Shown here in pieces: positions 55,603 through 64,000 of a stretch of DNA of 64,000 nt. The notes beneath the pieces were generated by a model. The model was given only the letters and a program-made list of their open reading frames with translations. It was not told where the DNA came from and did not search any database. The stretch comes from Marmoricola sp. (lineage in GTDB: Bacteria; Actinomycetota; Actinomycetes; Propionibacteriales; Nocardioidaceae), in NCBI GenBank assembly GCA_044227235.1, contig JBGAFN010000013.1, positions 82,800 to 146,799 of the forward strand, written 5' to 3'. Made by a program: the position numbers and the translations under genes. Position 1 is the first letter of the stretch, and each line of letters opens with the position of its first letter.

Positions 55603-56837
55603 AGCACCGACTCCAGCACAGGCACCCCCGGGTCGGCCAGCCGGGTCCGGTCCACCGGGCTGCGGTCGGCGACCAGCTGCCGGGCGCCGCGCACGTCCAG
55701 CGGCCGCCCGCAAGCGACCGCGCCGCGCATCCGGCCCTCGCGCAGGAAGAACGCGGCCCACGCCTGGCCGTGCGGGTCGCCGCGGAGCACCATCTCCAGA
55801 CCGGCCTCGGGCCAGCCGGTGACCTGCAGGTTGACCTCGTACTGGTCGGACCAGGCCCAGGGGACCTCGTCGTACGGCGCGGCCTCGTCGCCGAGCAGGT
55901 CGGCGGCGACGGTCCGGCCGACGGCGGTGCCGTGGTCCTGGGCGGACTGCCAGTGCTCGCCGCGGTAGGGCCCCTCGAGGTGGGCGGTCGGCCGGGTGAC
56001 CACGTCGCCCGCGGCGTAGACGTCGGCCACCGAGGTGCGCCCGCACCAGTCCACGGCGATGCCGCCGCGGGTGGTGGCGAGCCCGGCGGAGTCCGCGAGG
56101 TCCAGGTCGGGCGCGATCCCGATCGCGACCACCACCAGGCCGGCGCTCCAGGAACGGCCGTCGGCGGCGGTCACGACGACCCGGTCGGCCGCCTCGGTGA
56201 CCGAGGCCACCGTCACGTCGGTCTCGAGCTGGACGCCGCGCTCCTTGTGCAGCCCCGCGTACCGGGAGGCGAGAACCGCCGGGAGGATCCGGGCCAGAGG
56301 GTGCGGCGCCCCCTCCAGCACGGTGACCTCCCGGTCGAGGGCCCGCAGGCTGGCGGCGATCTCGGAGCCGACCAGGCCGGCCCCCACCACGACGACGTCG
56401 GTGACGCCCTCGAGGTGGGTCACCAGGTCGAGGGCGTCCTGGGCGGTGCGCAGCGTGCGCACCCGCGGAGACGGCGCCAACCCCGGCAGGGTCCGGGCCC
56501 GCCCTCCGGTGGCCAGCACCAGCCGGTCGTAGCGCAGGACCGTGCCGTCGGCCAGGTCAACCGTGTGGGCAGCGGGGTCGAGGCCGACCGCGCGGGCACC
56601 GAGGAGCAGCTCGACCTCCTTGTCGGCGTACCAGCGGGCGGGGCGCACGAGCAGCTGCTCGGGTGCCTTCTCCCCCCGGACCAGCTCCTTGGAGACCGCG
56701 GGTCGCCGGTAGGGCAGGTGCTGCTCCTCCCCGACCACCCGGACCCGGCCGGTCACGCCGGCGGCGCGCAATGCGACGGCCGCGCTCACCCCGGCGATCC
56801 CGGAGCCCACCACCAGGACCTCCCCCGCGGACCCCAT
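55599..56837 (-). CDS. FAD-dependent NAD(P)H:rubredoxin/ferredoxin reductase
   Basis: ATG at 56837 in track ORF 55599..58175. 412 aa with VVGSGIAGVSAA and VVVGAGLVGSEIA dinucleotide folds. Confidence 0.85.
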   Translation of the reverse strand: MGSAGEVLVVGSGIAGVSAAVALRAAGVTGRVRVVGEEQHLPYRRPAVSKELVRGEKAPEQLLVRPARWYADKEVELLLGARAVGLDPAAHTVDLADGTVLRYDRLVLATGGRARTLPGLAPSPRVRTLRTAQDALDLVTHLEGVTDVVVVGAGLVGSEIAASLRALDREVTVLEGAPHPLARILPAVLASRYAGLHKERGVQLETDVTVASVTEAADRVVVTAADGRSWSAGLVVVAIGIAPDLDLADSAGLATTRGGIAVDWCGRTSVADVYAAGDVVTRPTAHLEGPYRGEHWQSAQDHGTAVGRTVAADLLGDEAAPYDEVPWAWSDQYEVNLQVTGWPEAGLEMVLRGDPHGQAWAAFFLREGRMRGAVACGRPLDVRGARQLVADRSPVDRTRLADPGVPVLESVL

Positions 56838-57016
56838 CAGGCGGGGTTCTCGGCGCCGAGCGGCTCGAAGTCCTGCTGCTCGCGCACGCCGCAGTCGGGA
56901 CAGCACCAGTCCGGGTCGATGTCGGCGAACGCCGTCCCGGCCGGCCAGCCCTCGCGGGGAGCGCCGACCTCCTCGTCGTAGACGTAGCCGCAGTTGGGGC
57001 AGACGAACTTGGCCAT
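56837..57016 (-). CDS. rubA: Rubredoxin
   Basis: 59-codon ORF found by hand: MAKFVCPNCGYVYDEE...WCCPDCGVREQQDFEPL, with CxxCG...CPxCG iron ligands. It is below the track size cut-off. Confidence 0.9.
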   Translation of the reverse strand: MAKFVCPNCGYVYDEEVGAPREGWPAGTAFADIDPDWCCPDCGVREQQDFEPLGAENPA

Positions 57017-57031
57017 GCTGGTGCGCTCCTC

Positions 57032-58213
57032 TCAGGCGGCGGTACGGCGCTCGGCGCCGTACCGGGCCAGGTACTTCTCGGCCTGGGACGGGTGCAGGTT
57101 GGCCTTGGTGACGTCGCCGTCGTAGTGGGCGAGCACGCGCTTGTCCATCACCGCGCGCCACAGCGGCGGGATCCAGGTCAGCACGATCATCCCGGCGTAG
57201 CCGGTCGGCAGGACCGGCGCCTCGGGGAAGTCGCGCAGCGCCTGGTAGCGCCGGGTCGGGTTCGCGTGGTGGTCGCTGTGGCGCTGCAGGTGGTAGAGCA
57301 GCACGTTGGTCCCGATGTTGTTGCTGTTCCAGCTGTGGCTCGGGTTGACCCGCTCGTAGCGGCCGTTCTCGAGCTTCGCGCGCTTCATCCCGTAGTGCTC
57401 CAGGAAGTTCACCGACTCCAGCAGCCAGATGCCGACCACGGCCTGGATGACCAGGTAGGGGAAGAGCTGCCAGCCGAAGACCGCCATCAGCGCGCCCCAC
57501 AGCACGATCGACATCCCCCACGCGTTGAGCACGTCGTTCTTCAGCGACCAGTGGCTCTTGCCGAGGCGCTCGAACCGCTTCTTCTCCAGCTCCCAGGCGC
57601 TCCGGAGGCTGCCGCTCACGGTGCGGGGCATGAAGAGCCAGACGTTCTCGCCCAGACGCGAGCTGGCCGGGTCCTCGGGGGTGGACACCCGGACGTGGTG
57701 GCCACGGTTGTGCTCGATGTAGAAGTGGCCGTAGAAGGTGTGGGCCAGGCAGATCCGGGCGAACCAGCGCTCGTGGGACTCCTTCTTGTGGCCCAGCTCG
57801 TGGGCGGTGTTGATCGCGATGCCGGCCACCAGGCCCGCGCTGATCGCCATCCCGATGTGGTCGGCGGTCGAGTACTCGGGGCGGCTGATCATCCAGGCGG
57901 TCCACACGATGCAGACGTACTGGAGCGGGATGAACGCGTAGGTCACCCAGCGGTAGTACCGGTCGTTCTCCAGGGCGTCGATCGCCTCGTCCGGCGGGTT
58001 GTTCGGGTCGATGCCGGCCAGGAGGTCGACCGCGGGGATGAGGACGAAGATGAAGATCAGCCCGAAGTACCAGAACAGCCCCAGGCCGGTCCACTCCACC
58101 AGGCCCCACGCCAGGAACGGCACCGCCGGGACGATCGCCCCGATCAGCCAGGCGAACCGCTTGGTGTCGCGCCACTCGATCCGGGCCACGCCGACCGACT
58201 CCACTGCTGCCAT
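57032..58213 (-). CDS. alkB: Alkane 1-monooxygenase (integral-membrane di-iron AlkB)
   Basis: Track ORF trimmed to ATG at 58213. His boxes HELGHK, EHNRGHH and LQRHSDHH, plus NYLEHYG-like NFLEHYG. Confidence 0.9.
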   Translation of the reverse strand: MAAVESVGVARIEWRDTKRFAWLIGAIVPAVPFLAWGLVEWTGLGLFWYFGLIFIFVLIPAVDLLAGIDPNNPPDEAIDALENDRYYRWVTYAFIPLQYVCIVWTAWMISRPEYSTADHIGMAISAGLVAGIAINTAHELGHKKESHERWFARICLAHTFYGHFYIEHNRGHHVRVSTPEDPASSRLGENVWLFMPRTVSGSLRSAWELEKKRFERLGKSHWSLKNDVLNAWGMSIVLWGALMAVFGWQLFPYLVIQAVVGIWLLESVNFLEHYGMKRAKLENGRYERVNPSHSWNSNNIGTNVLLYHLQRHSDHHANPTRRYQALRDFPEAPVLPTGYAGMIVLTWIPPLWRAVMDKRVLAHYDGDVTKANLHPSQAEKYLARYGAERRTAA

Positions 58214-58254
58214 GAGCAACTCCTTGCTGGACAGCCCGACCCTCATCGGTCGAG

Positions 58255-58295
58255 CAACTTTACAAGAAGTTAGTTGATGTAAAGCAAACGGGCAA
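58255..58295 (-). promoter_or_regulatory. Candidate alkB promoter with overlapping inverted repeats (possible TetR operator)
   Basis: The minus strand reads TTGCCC-N17-TAACTT about 50 nt upstream of the alkB ATG. On the plus strand, CAACT-N12-AGTTG and AACTT-N6-AAGTT overlap the -10. The region is locally AT-rich. Confidence 0.35.
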
Positions 58296-58310
58296 GAGTT
58301 TGGAGTCTGT

Positions 58311-58354
58311 AAAAACACTGTGGCTCAGACCACCATCCGGCGGTCTGAGCCACA
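58311..58354 (-). terminator. Rho-independent terminator of the GGDEF-like gene
   Basis: 13-bp stem tgtggctcagacc/ggtctgagccaca (58319-58331/58342-58354). On the minus strand it is followed by a TTTTT run (58311-58315 aaaaa on plus). Confidence 0.7.
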
Positions 58355-58387
58355 GTCCTCCCTGTGCCGAGCTGGCCTGCCCCCTCT

Positions 58388-59137
58388 TCAGCGGGCCAGT
58401 TCGGAGAGCAGCCTCACCCCGAGATCGGGCCCGGACGGCAGCCCCTCGATCCAGATGCGAGCCTCCGGCGCCACCTCGAGGTCCTCGAAGAGCGAGCGGA
58501 GCATGCCGACGGTCTCGCCCAGCTCCGGCGTCCGCCGGACCAGGGCCACCGCCTTCTCGCCCCCGACGCGGCCGATCGTCTCCTCACCGGAGAAGACCGT
58601 CCGCAGGGCGTCGGCCACGCCCGCGAGCCGCAGCGCGCGGGTGAACGTGGCGTCGAACGTCTCGTGCGGCCCCCCGCGCGAGATGTCCACCACGACGAGC
58701 GCGTGGCTCGTCCTGACCGGGCTCCCCGTCCTCTCGGACTCCCGGTAGACCTCGGCGATGCGGGTGCGGAGGTGCGCCAGGCTCGTCAGCCCGGTCAACG
58801 GGTCCTCGCACGACAGGTCGTGCAGGAAGTCGAGCGTGGACTCGCTCCACGCCACACACATCGCCTCGATCGCCTCGTAGTCCGGCGCCGCGCCTCCCAA
58901 CGCGGCGTACGTCGCCCGCAGCCCGGACAGTGCCTCTCCCAGGGAGGCACCGTCGTGGGCCAGCGTGCGCCCGGCCACCGCACAGGCGGCCAACGGACTC
59001 GCACCGGACACCAGGGACTCCCCGACCGCCTCGAAGCCGGTCGGGAGGCTCTCCCGCTCGTCCTCGCTGAGCTCCCGCCCCGGTGTCACGGCAGGAACGG
59101 ACCGCCGACGGGTCAGGGACGCCAAGCCCTCCAGCAT
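58388..59137 (-). CDS. Degenerate GGDEF-domain protein (GGEKA in place of GGDEF) with unknown N-terminal domain
   Basis: 249-aa ORF. DPLTGLTSLAHLRTRI, ALVVVDI and IGRVGGEKAVALV line up with the diguanylate cyclase fold, but the active-site motif is degenerate. Confidence 0.7.
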   Translation of the reverse strand: MLEGLASLTRRRSVPAVTPGRELSEDERESLPTGFEAVGESLVSGASPLAACAVAGRTLAHDGASLGEALSGLRATYAALGGAAPDYEAIEAMCVAWSESTLDFLHDLSCEDPLTGLTSLAHLRTRIAEVYRESERTGSPVRTSHALVVVDISRGGPHETFDATFTRALRLAGVADALRTVFSGEETIGRVGGEKAVALVRRTPELGETVGMLRSLFEDLEVAPEARIWIEGLPSGPDLGVRLLSELAR

Positions 59138-59425
59138 GTCGTCCCTCCCTCCGTCGTGCTCGGCCGCTCTCCCAGGCAGCGGCCGAACTGCGTGCCGTCA
59201 GTGGAGGGACGTACACGCGGGACGGTCATGACGCGGTTCCGGCGAATTTCCTCGAGAAAGTTCCCGGGCGCCCGTCCGGGGGGTGGCCGATGGCCCGTCG
59301 GGGCAGGCAAGGTTGTCCGTCGTTCGGGTGTTGCCGACGGGCGGCGCCCGGTACTTTCGTCTGGTAACCCCCTGAAAGGACCAGGTCGTCACGAATCGGC
59401 CCTGCCGATCGTTGACCTCGTGACC

Positions 59426-61645
59426 ATGACCGAGCTGCTGAACAACCTCGACGCTCCCAGCGACGCGGAGCTGATCTCGCGCGTCCGCGCGGGGGACGTC
59501 GAGGCGTACGGCGACCTCTACGCCCGGCACGTCGACGCCGCCCGACGGCTGGCCCGCCAGCTGGTCCGCGGGCCGGACTCCGAGGACCTCGTCTCCGACG
59601 CCTTCGCCAAGGTGATGGGGGTGCTCCAGGGCGGCGGTGGCCCGGACGTGGCGTTCCGCGCCTACCTGCTCACCGCCGTACGCCGCCTCCACGTGGACCG
59701 GATCCGCTCCCAGTCGCGGGTGCAGACCTCCGACGACATGACCGCCTTCGATCCCGGGGTGCCCTTCCACGACACCGCCCTGGAGCAGTTCGAGAGCGGC
59801 GCTGCGGCCAAGGCGTTCGCCTCGCTGCCCGAGCGCTGGCAGCTGGTGCTCTGGCACCTCGAGGTCGAGGGCCAGAAGCCGGCCGACATCGCCCCCCTGC
59901 TGGGGATGAGCGCGAACTCGGTCTCCGCCCTGGCCTACCGGGCGCGCGAGGGCCTGCGGCAGGCCTACCTGACCGCCCACCTGGCCGACATCAACGACAC
60001 CGACTGCCGGTGGGTCACCGAGCACCTCGGCGGCTACGTCCGCAAGGGCCTCTCCCGGCGCGACGCCACCAAGGTCGAGGCCCACCTCGACGACTGCCGC
60101 TCGTGCACGGGGATGTACCTGGAGCTCACCGAGGTGAACTCCAACCTGTCCGCGATCATCGCCCCGCTGCTGCTCGGCGGCCTCGCGGCCGGCTACGTGG
60201 CCACCGGCGCCGCCGGCGGCGCCTCGGCCGGCGGGATCGTGCTGCTCCTCGGCCGCGCCAAGGACTTCGTCGCGGCCAACCTCGTCCCGGTCGCCGCCGG
60301 CACCGCGGCCGCGGGCGTGGCCGCGGTGACGGCGGTGGCGATCGCGATCTCCTCGGGCGGTGACAAGAACGTCGCCGACCCCGCTCCCGCGCCCAGCCTG
60401 TCCTCGCCGGCGACCTCGCCCACCAGCGCACCACCGTCGACCTCGCCGAGCGCCACCCGGACCCCGGCACCGCGCACCGTGGTCAGCCCGACCCCGACGG
60501 TCTCCGCCTTCGTGCCGGTCGTGCTGCCACCGCCCTCGGAGACCGCCGCGGCGTCTGCGACGCCGACCGACCAGCCCACCCAGGACCCCACCGAGGACCC
60601 CACCGACCCGCCGCGGACCCCGGTGGCCAACATCCGGATCGGCTCCGCCACCGTCTCCGACGACGCCCTGGTGCTCGACCTGGCCGGGCTCCCGGACACG
60701 CCGGTGTCGGTCGAGGTGACCCTGTCCTCGGCGTCGGGACGCACCGCGTTCGTGCCCTCCACCGGGGCCTGCACGGTCCGGGCGGCCACCCCGACCCGCG
60801 CCACCTGCGTGACCACCGCGGCAGCGGCCCGTCAGGGGGTGTTCCGGCTGGCGCCCGACAGCTTCCAGGCGGTCATCCCCCTGGACTTCCCCGCCGACCT
60901 GGACAGCGACCAGCTCGACGTCGACGTGGCGATCGACGGGTACGACGACTCCGACGCCAGCGACAACCGCGTGTCGTTCGTCTACACCCCGGTCCGGTCG
61001 ACGCCGACCGGGACCGGGACGCCGACCGCCACCGACACCCCCACCGAGACGCCCACGGACACCGGCACGCCGACGCCGACCGACACCGGCTCCCCCACCC
61101 CGACCGACACCGGCTCGCCCACCCCCACGGACACCGGCTCCCCAACGCCCACCGACACCGGCTCCCCCACGCCCACCGACACCGGCTCCCCCACCCCGAC
61201 CGACACCGGCTCCCCGACCGCCGCGCCCGGGTCGGACCTCGCCCTGACCCTCAACGACAACGCGCTGGGCCAGGGCATCGGCCGCTTCCGGGCCCAGGTG
61301 ACCGGGATGCCCGGCGGCGGGCTCCCGCTGCACTTCGCGTTCTTCGTCAGCGACCCCCGGGTCGACATCGAGGCGGTCCCGACCGGCTGCCACATCAGCA
61401 ACGAGGCCCGGACCGTCGTCGACTGCGTCAAGGGCGGCGCGACCTTCAACGGCATCTTCGACATGAACCTGCGCCGGATCGACCCCGACGACGTGGTCAC
61501 GGTCCGGGTCGGCGTGTCCTCGCCCGGCAACGACGACCCCGACCTCACCAACAACGTCCGCTCGGTCACGATGAACCAGAGCGGCATCATCTCGGTCGAC
61601 CCGGTCCTCGGCCGGCTGGTCCGCCTGCTCGGCGGCGTGCTCTGA
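59426..61645 (+). CDS. ECF sigma factor fused to zinc-finger anti-sigma-like segment, transmembrane region and extracellular Pro/Thr-rich + two Ig/CARDB-like domains
   Basis: ATG at 59426 (alternative GTG at 59420) in track ORF 58364..61645. Sigma region 2 ([26 protein letters not shown]) and region 4 ([28 protein letters not shown]). ZAS-like H-x3-C-x2-C (HLDDCRSC). Hydrophobic segments at residues ~250-320. Then PT-rich linkers and domains ending DSDASDN / DPDLTNN. Confidence 0.8.
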   Translation: MTELLNNLDAPSDAELISRVRAGDVEAYGDLYARHVDAARRLARQLVRGPDSEDLVSDAFAKVMGVLQGGGGPDVAFRAYLLTAVRRLHVDRIRSQSRVQTSDDMTAFDPGVPFHDTALEQFESGAAAKAFASLPERWQLVLWHLEVEGQKPADIAPLLGMSANSVSALAYRAREGLRQAYLTAHLADINDTDCRWVTEHLGGYVRKGLSRRDATKVEAHLDDCRSCTGMYLELTEVNSNLSAIIAPLLLGGLAAGYVATGAAGGASAGGIVLLLGRAKDFVAANLVPVAAGTAAAGVAAVTAVAIAISSGGDKNVADPAPAPSLSSPATSPTSAPPSTSPSATRTPAPRTVVSPTPTVSAFVPVVLPPPSETAAASATPTDQPTQDPTEDPTDPPRTPVANIRIGSATVSDDALVLDLAGLPDTPVSVEVTLSSASGRTAFVPSTGACTVRAATPTRATCVTTAAAARQGVFRLAPDSFQAVIPLDFPADLDSDQLDVDVAIDGYDDSDASDNRVSFVYTPVRSTPTGTGTPTATDTPTETPTDTGTPTPTDTGSPTPTDTGSPTPTDTGSPTPTDTGSPTPTDTGSPTPTDTGSPTAAPGSDLALTLNDNALGQGIGRFRAQVTGMPGGGLPLHFAFFVSDPRVDIEAVPTGCHISNEARTVVDCVKGGATFNGIFDMNLRRIDPDDVVTVRVGVSSPGNDDPDLTNNVRSVTMNQSGIISVDPVLGRLVRLLGGVL
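61055..61222 (+). repeat. Seven in-frame 24-nt tandem units encoding TDTG(S/T)PTP
   Basis: The units start at 61055, 61079, 61103, 61127, 61151, 61175 and 61199. The peptides are nearly identical, while the DNA differs mainly at third codon positions. Confidence 0.9.
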
Positions 61646-61676
61646 GCCAGCGCCGCGCTCGCTAGGCTCGGACCCG

Positions 61677-62981
61677 ATGAGCCACACCGCTGCCGCCCTG
61701 CCCCAGGACCTCTGGGCCGCCCCGACCCCCGCGGGGCCGGTCTCGGCCCGGGTCTCGCTGCCCGGGTCCAAGTCCCTGACCAACCGCGCGCTCGTCCTGG
61801 CCGCCCTCTCCGACGGCCCCTCGGTCGTCCGACGGGCGCTGCGCTCGCGCGACACCCTCCTGATGGCGGGCGCCCTGACGGCGCTCGGAGCCGGCGTCGA
61901 CACCGACGGCACGGACTGGGCGGTGACGCCGGCCGGGCTGGACGTGGACGGGGTGGAGGTGGCCTGCGGTCTCGCCGGCACCGTCATGCGGTTCGTGCCC
62001 CCCGTCGCGGCGCTGGCGAGCGGGGCGGTGGCGTTCGACGGCGACCCGCACGCCCGGACCCGGCCGATGGGCGAGATCCTGCGCGGGCTCCGCGACCTCG
62101 GCATCGAGGTGGACGACGAGGGTCGCGGGACGCTGCCGTTCACGGTCCGCGGCAGGGGACGGGTGCGTGGCGGCACCGTGACGATCGACGCCTCCGCGTC
62201 GAGCCAGTTCATCTCCGCCCTGCTCCTGGCCGGGGCCCGCTACGACGAGGGCGTCGACGTCCGGCACGACGGCAAGCCGGTGCCCTCGCTGCCGCACATC
62301 GAGATGACGGTCGCCGCCCTCCGCGAGCACGACGTGCGGGTCGACGACGACGAGCCGAACCGCTGGAGGGTCCACCCCGGGCCGGTCCGGGCGGTCGACG
62401 TGACCGTCGAGCCCGACCTCTCCAACGCCGCGCCCTTCCTGGCCGTGGGTGCCGTCACCGGGGGCTCGGTGACCGTGGCCGACTGGCCGCGGTCCACCAC
62501 CCAGGCCGGCGACCGGCTCCGCGAGATCCTCGCCCTGATGGGCGCCGAGGTGCGCCAGGACGACCTGGGGCTGACGGTCACCGGCACCGGTCCGCTGCGC
62601 GGGGTCGACCTGGACCTGCACGACGAGGGCGAGCTCACCCCCGCGGTCGCCGCCCTCGCCGCCCTGGCCACCACGCCGTCGTACCTGCGCGGGATCGGGC
62701 ACATCCGCGGGCACGAGACCGACCGCCTGGCCGCGCTGGCGACCGAGCTCAACCGGCTCGGCGGCCGGGTCACCGAGCTCCCCGACGGCCTGGAGATCGC
62801 CCCGGCTCCGCTCCACGGCGGGGTCTTCCACACCTACGCCGACCACCGGATGGCGCACGCCGCGGTCATCCTCGGTCTGGCCGTCCCGGGGATCCGGGTC
62901 GAGGACGTGGCGACCACCGCCAAGACCTTCCCCGACTTCGCCGCTGCCTGGTCGCGCCTCGTCGAGAGCCCGAGGGGCTGA
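61677..62981 (+). CDS. aroA: 3-phosphoshikimate 1-carboxyvinyltransferase (EPSP synthase)
   Basis: 434-aa ORF with the [17 protein letters not shown] motif and full-length homology. Confidence 0.9.
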   Translation: MSHTAAALPQDLWAAPTPAGPVSARVSLPGSKSLTNRALVLAALSDGPSVVRRALRSRDTLLMAGALTALGAGVDTDGTDWAVTPAGLDVDGVEVACGLAGTVMRFVPPVAALASGAVAFDGDPHARTRPMGEILRGLRDLGIEVDDEGRGTLPFTVRGRGRVRGGTVTIDASASSQFISALLLAGARYDEGVDVRHDGKPVPSLPHIEMTVAALREHDVRVDDDEPNRWRVHPGPVRAVDVTVEPDLSNAAPFLAVGAVTGGSVTVADWPRSTTQAGDRLREILALMGAEVRQDDLGLTVTGTGPLRGVDLDLHDEGELTPAVAALAALATTPSYLRGIGHIRGHETDRLAALATELNRLGGRVTELPDGLEIAPAPLHGGVFHTYADHRMAHAAVILGLAVPGIRVEDVATTAKTFPDFAAAWSRLVESPRG

Positions 62982-62985
62982 CCCG

Positions 62986-63993
62986 GTGGCGGGGCGCTAC
63001 GACCACCTCGAGCAGGAGTCGTTCGACCGGCCCCGCCGCCACACCCGCCCGCGCACCAAGGACCGCCCCAGCTACGACGACGCCGTCGACGCCATCGTGG
63101 TGACGGTGGACCGCGGCCGGTTCACCGTCCGGCTGCTCGACGACGACGCCCGCGTGGTGACCGCCATGAAGTCGCGCCCGCTGGGCCGCAAGGGCGTCGT
63201 GGTCGGCGACCGGGTCCGGCTGGTCGGCGACACCACCGGCGCCGACGGCTCGCTGGCCCGGATCGTCGAGGTCTCGCCCCGCACGACGGTGCTGCGCCGC
63301 ACCGCCGACGACGACGACCCGGTCGAGCGGGTCATCGTGGCCAACGCCGACCAGCTCGTCATCGTGGTCGCGCTCGCCGACCCCGAGCCGCGGACCGGGC
63401 TGGTCGACCGCGCCCTCGCGGCGGCGTACGACGCGGGGATCGACCCGCTGCTCTGCCTCACCAAGGCAGACCTGGCCTCTCCCGAGCCGCTGCTGGAGAT
63501 CTACCGCCCGCTGGAGGTGCCCTACGTCGTCACACAGCAGGGCGCCGACGTCACCGGAGTCCGGGCGCTGCTGGCCGGACGCACCAGCGTGCTGCTCGGG
63601 CACAGCGGGGTGGGCAAGTCGACGCTGGTCAACGCCCTGGTGCCGACCGCGCGCCGCGCGGTCGGGGTGGTCAACGACGTCACCGGGCGCGGCCGGCACA
63701 CCTCGACCTCGGCGCTGCTGCTGCGGCTGGACCCCGACGACACCACCGACGGCGGCTGGATCGTCGACACCCCGGGGATCCGCTCGTTCGGCCTCGCCCA
63801 CGTCGACGCCAGCCGGCTGCTCGGGGCCTTCCCGGACCTCGCCGACGCCAGCGAGGACTGCTCGCGCGGCTGCACCCACGCGGCCAGCGAACCCGAGTGC
63901 GGTCTCGACGAGGCCGTCGCGGAGGGCCGGCTGGACCAGGCGCGGGTCGACTCCTACCGTCGTCTGCTCAGCAGCCGCGAGGCCGCCTTCTAG
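62986..63993 (+). CDS. rsgA: Ribosome small-subunit-dependent GTPase A
   Basis: 335-aa ORF with GTG start. Circularly permuted GTPase motifs (LTKADL, GHSGVGKSTL, DTPG) and C-terminal Zn cluster C..C.H.....C. Confidence 0.9.
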   Translation: MAGRYDHLEQESFDRPRRHTRPRTKDRPSYDDAVDAIVVTVDRGRFTVRLLDDDARVVTAMKSRPLGRKGVVVGDRVRLVGDTTGADGSLARIVEVSPRTTVLRRTADDDDPVERVIVANADQLVIVVALADPEPRTGLVDRALAAAYDAGIDPLLCLTKADLASPEPLLEIYRPLEVPYVVTQQGADVTGVRALLAGRTSVLLGHSGVGKSTLVNALVPTARRAVGVVNDVTGRGRHTSTSALLLRLDPDDTTDGGWIVDTPGIRSFGLAHVDASRLLGAFPDLADASEDCSRGCTHAASEPECGLDEAVAEGRLDQARVDSYRRLLSSREAAF

Positions 63994-64000
63994 CCGGGCC

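Noticed and set aside
59198-62212. 1004-aa ORF on the minus strand
   Set aside because: It lies antisense to the ECF-fusion gene and aroA. The composition is Arg/Gly-rich nonsense.

Overview
High-GC (about 70%+) actinobacterial core chromosome. Protein similarity and gene order suggest a Nocardioides/Propionibacteriales-like organism, but that is an inference. Gene order follows the conserved actinobacterial block known from M. tuberculosis Rv1292-Rv1321. On the minus strand it runs: ArgS-like gene, lysA, hom, thrC, thrB, rho, [two-component system], rpmE, prfA, prmC, tsaC, wecA, atpI-like, atpBEFHAGDC, DUF2550, [PAS/REC protein], PduO adenosyltransferase, murA. To the left of that block are a MeaA-like B12 mutase, a D-amino-acid oxidase, an MFS transporter and nucS. 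The right half holds kgd, malic enzyme, Ni-SOD (sodN/sodX), whiB1-pdtaS, a TPP enzyme, the micro-gene for ribosomal protein bL37, sigH-rshA, an SRAP peptidase, an alkB-rubredoxin-reductase-tetR alkane hydroxylase operon, a degenerate GGDEF protein, a sigma/anti-sigma fusion protein, aroA and rsgA. I found no mobile element, CRISPR array, rRNA or recognisable defence system, so this is mostly an ordinary housekeeping region. Points worth a second look: (1) atpD and kgd, both normally essential, each carry an out-of-frame internal deletion; (2) an ArgRS-like protein lacks the catalytic core and sits next to tRNA-Arg(CCG); (3) a PAS-PAS-DHp(His->Asn)-REC protein has no ATPase domain; (4) a 739-aa ECF sigma + zinc anti-sigma + transmembrane + extracellular repeat protein lies divergent from a degenerate GGDEF gene; (5) a secreted 476-aa protein sits behind an unusually AT-rich leader with a reiterated GATTCC motif; (6) several genes under 60 codons (bL37, rubredoxin, a DUF6104-like ORF) are absent from the ORF track. 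Most long ORFs in the track that lie antisense to these genes are high-GC artefacts. All family assignments come from my reading of the translations; no database search was run.
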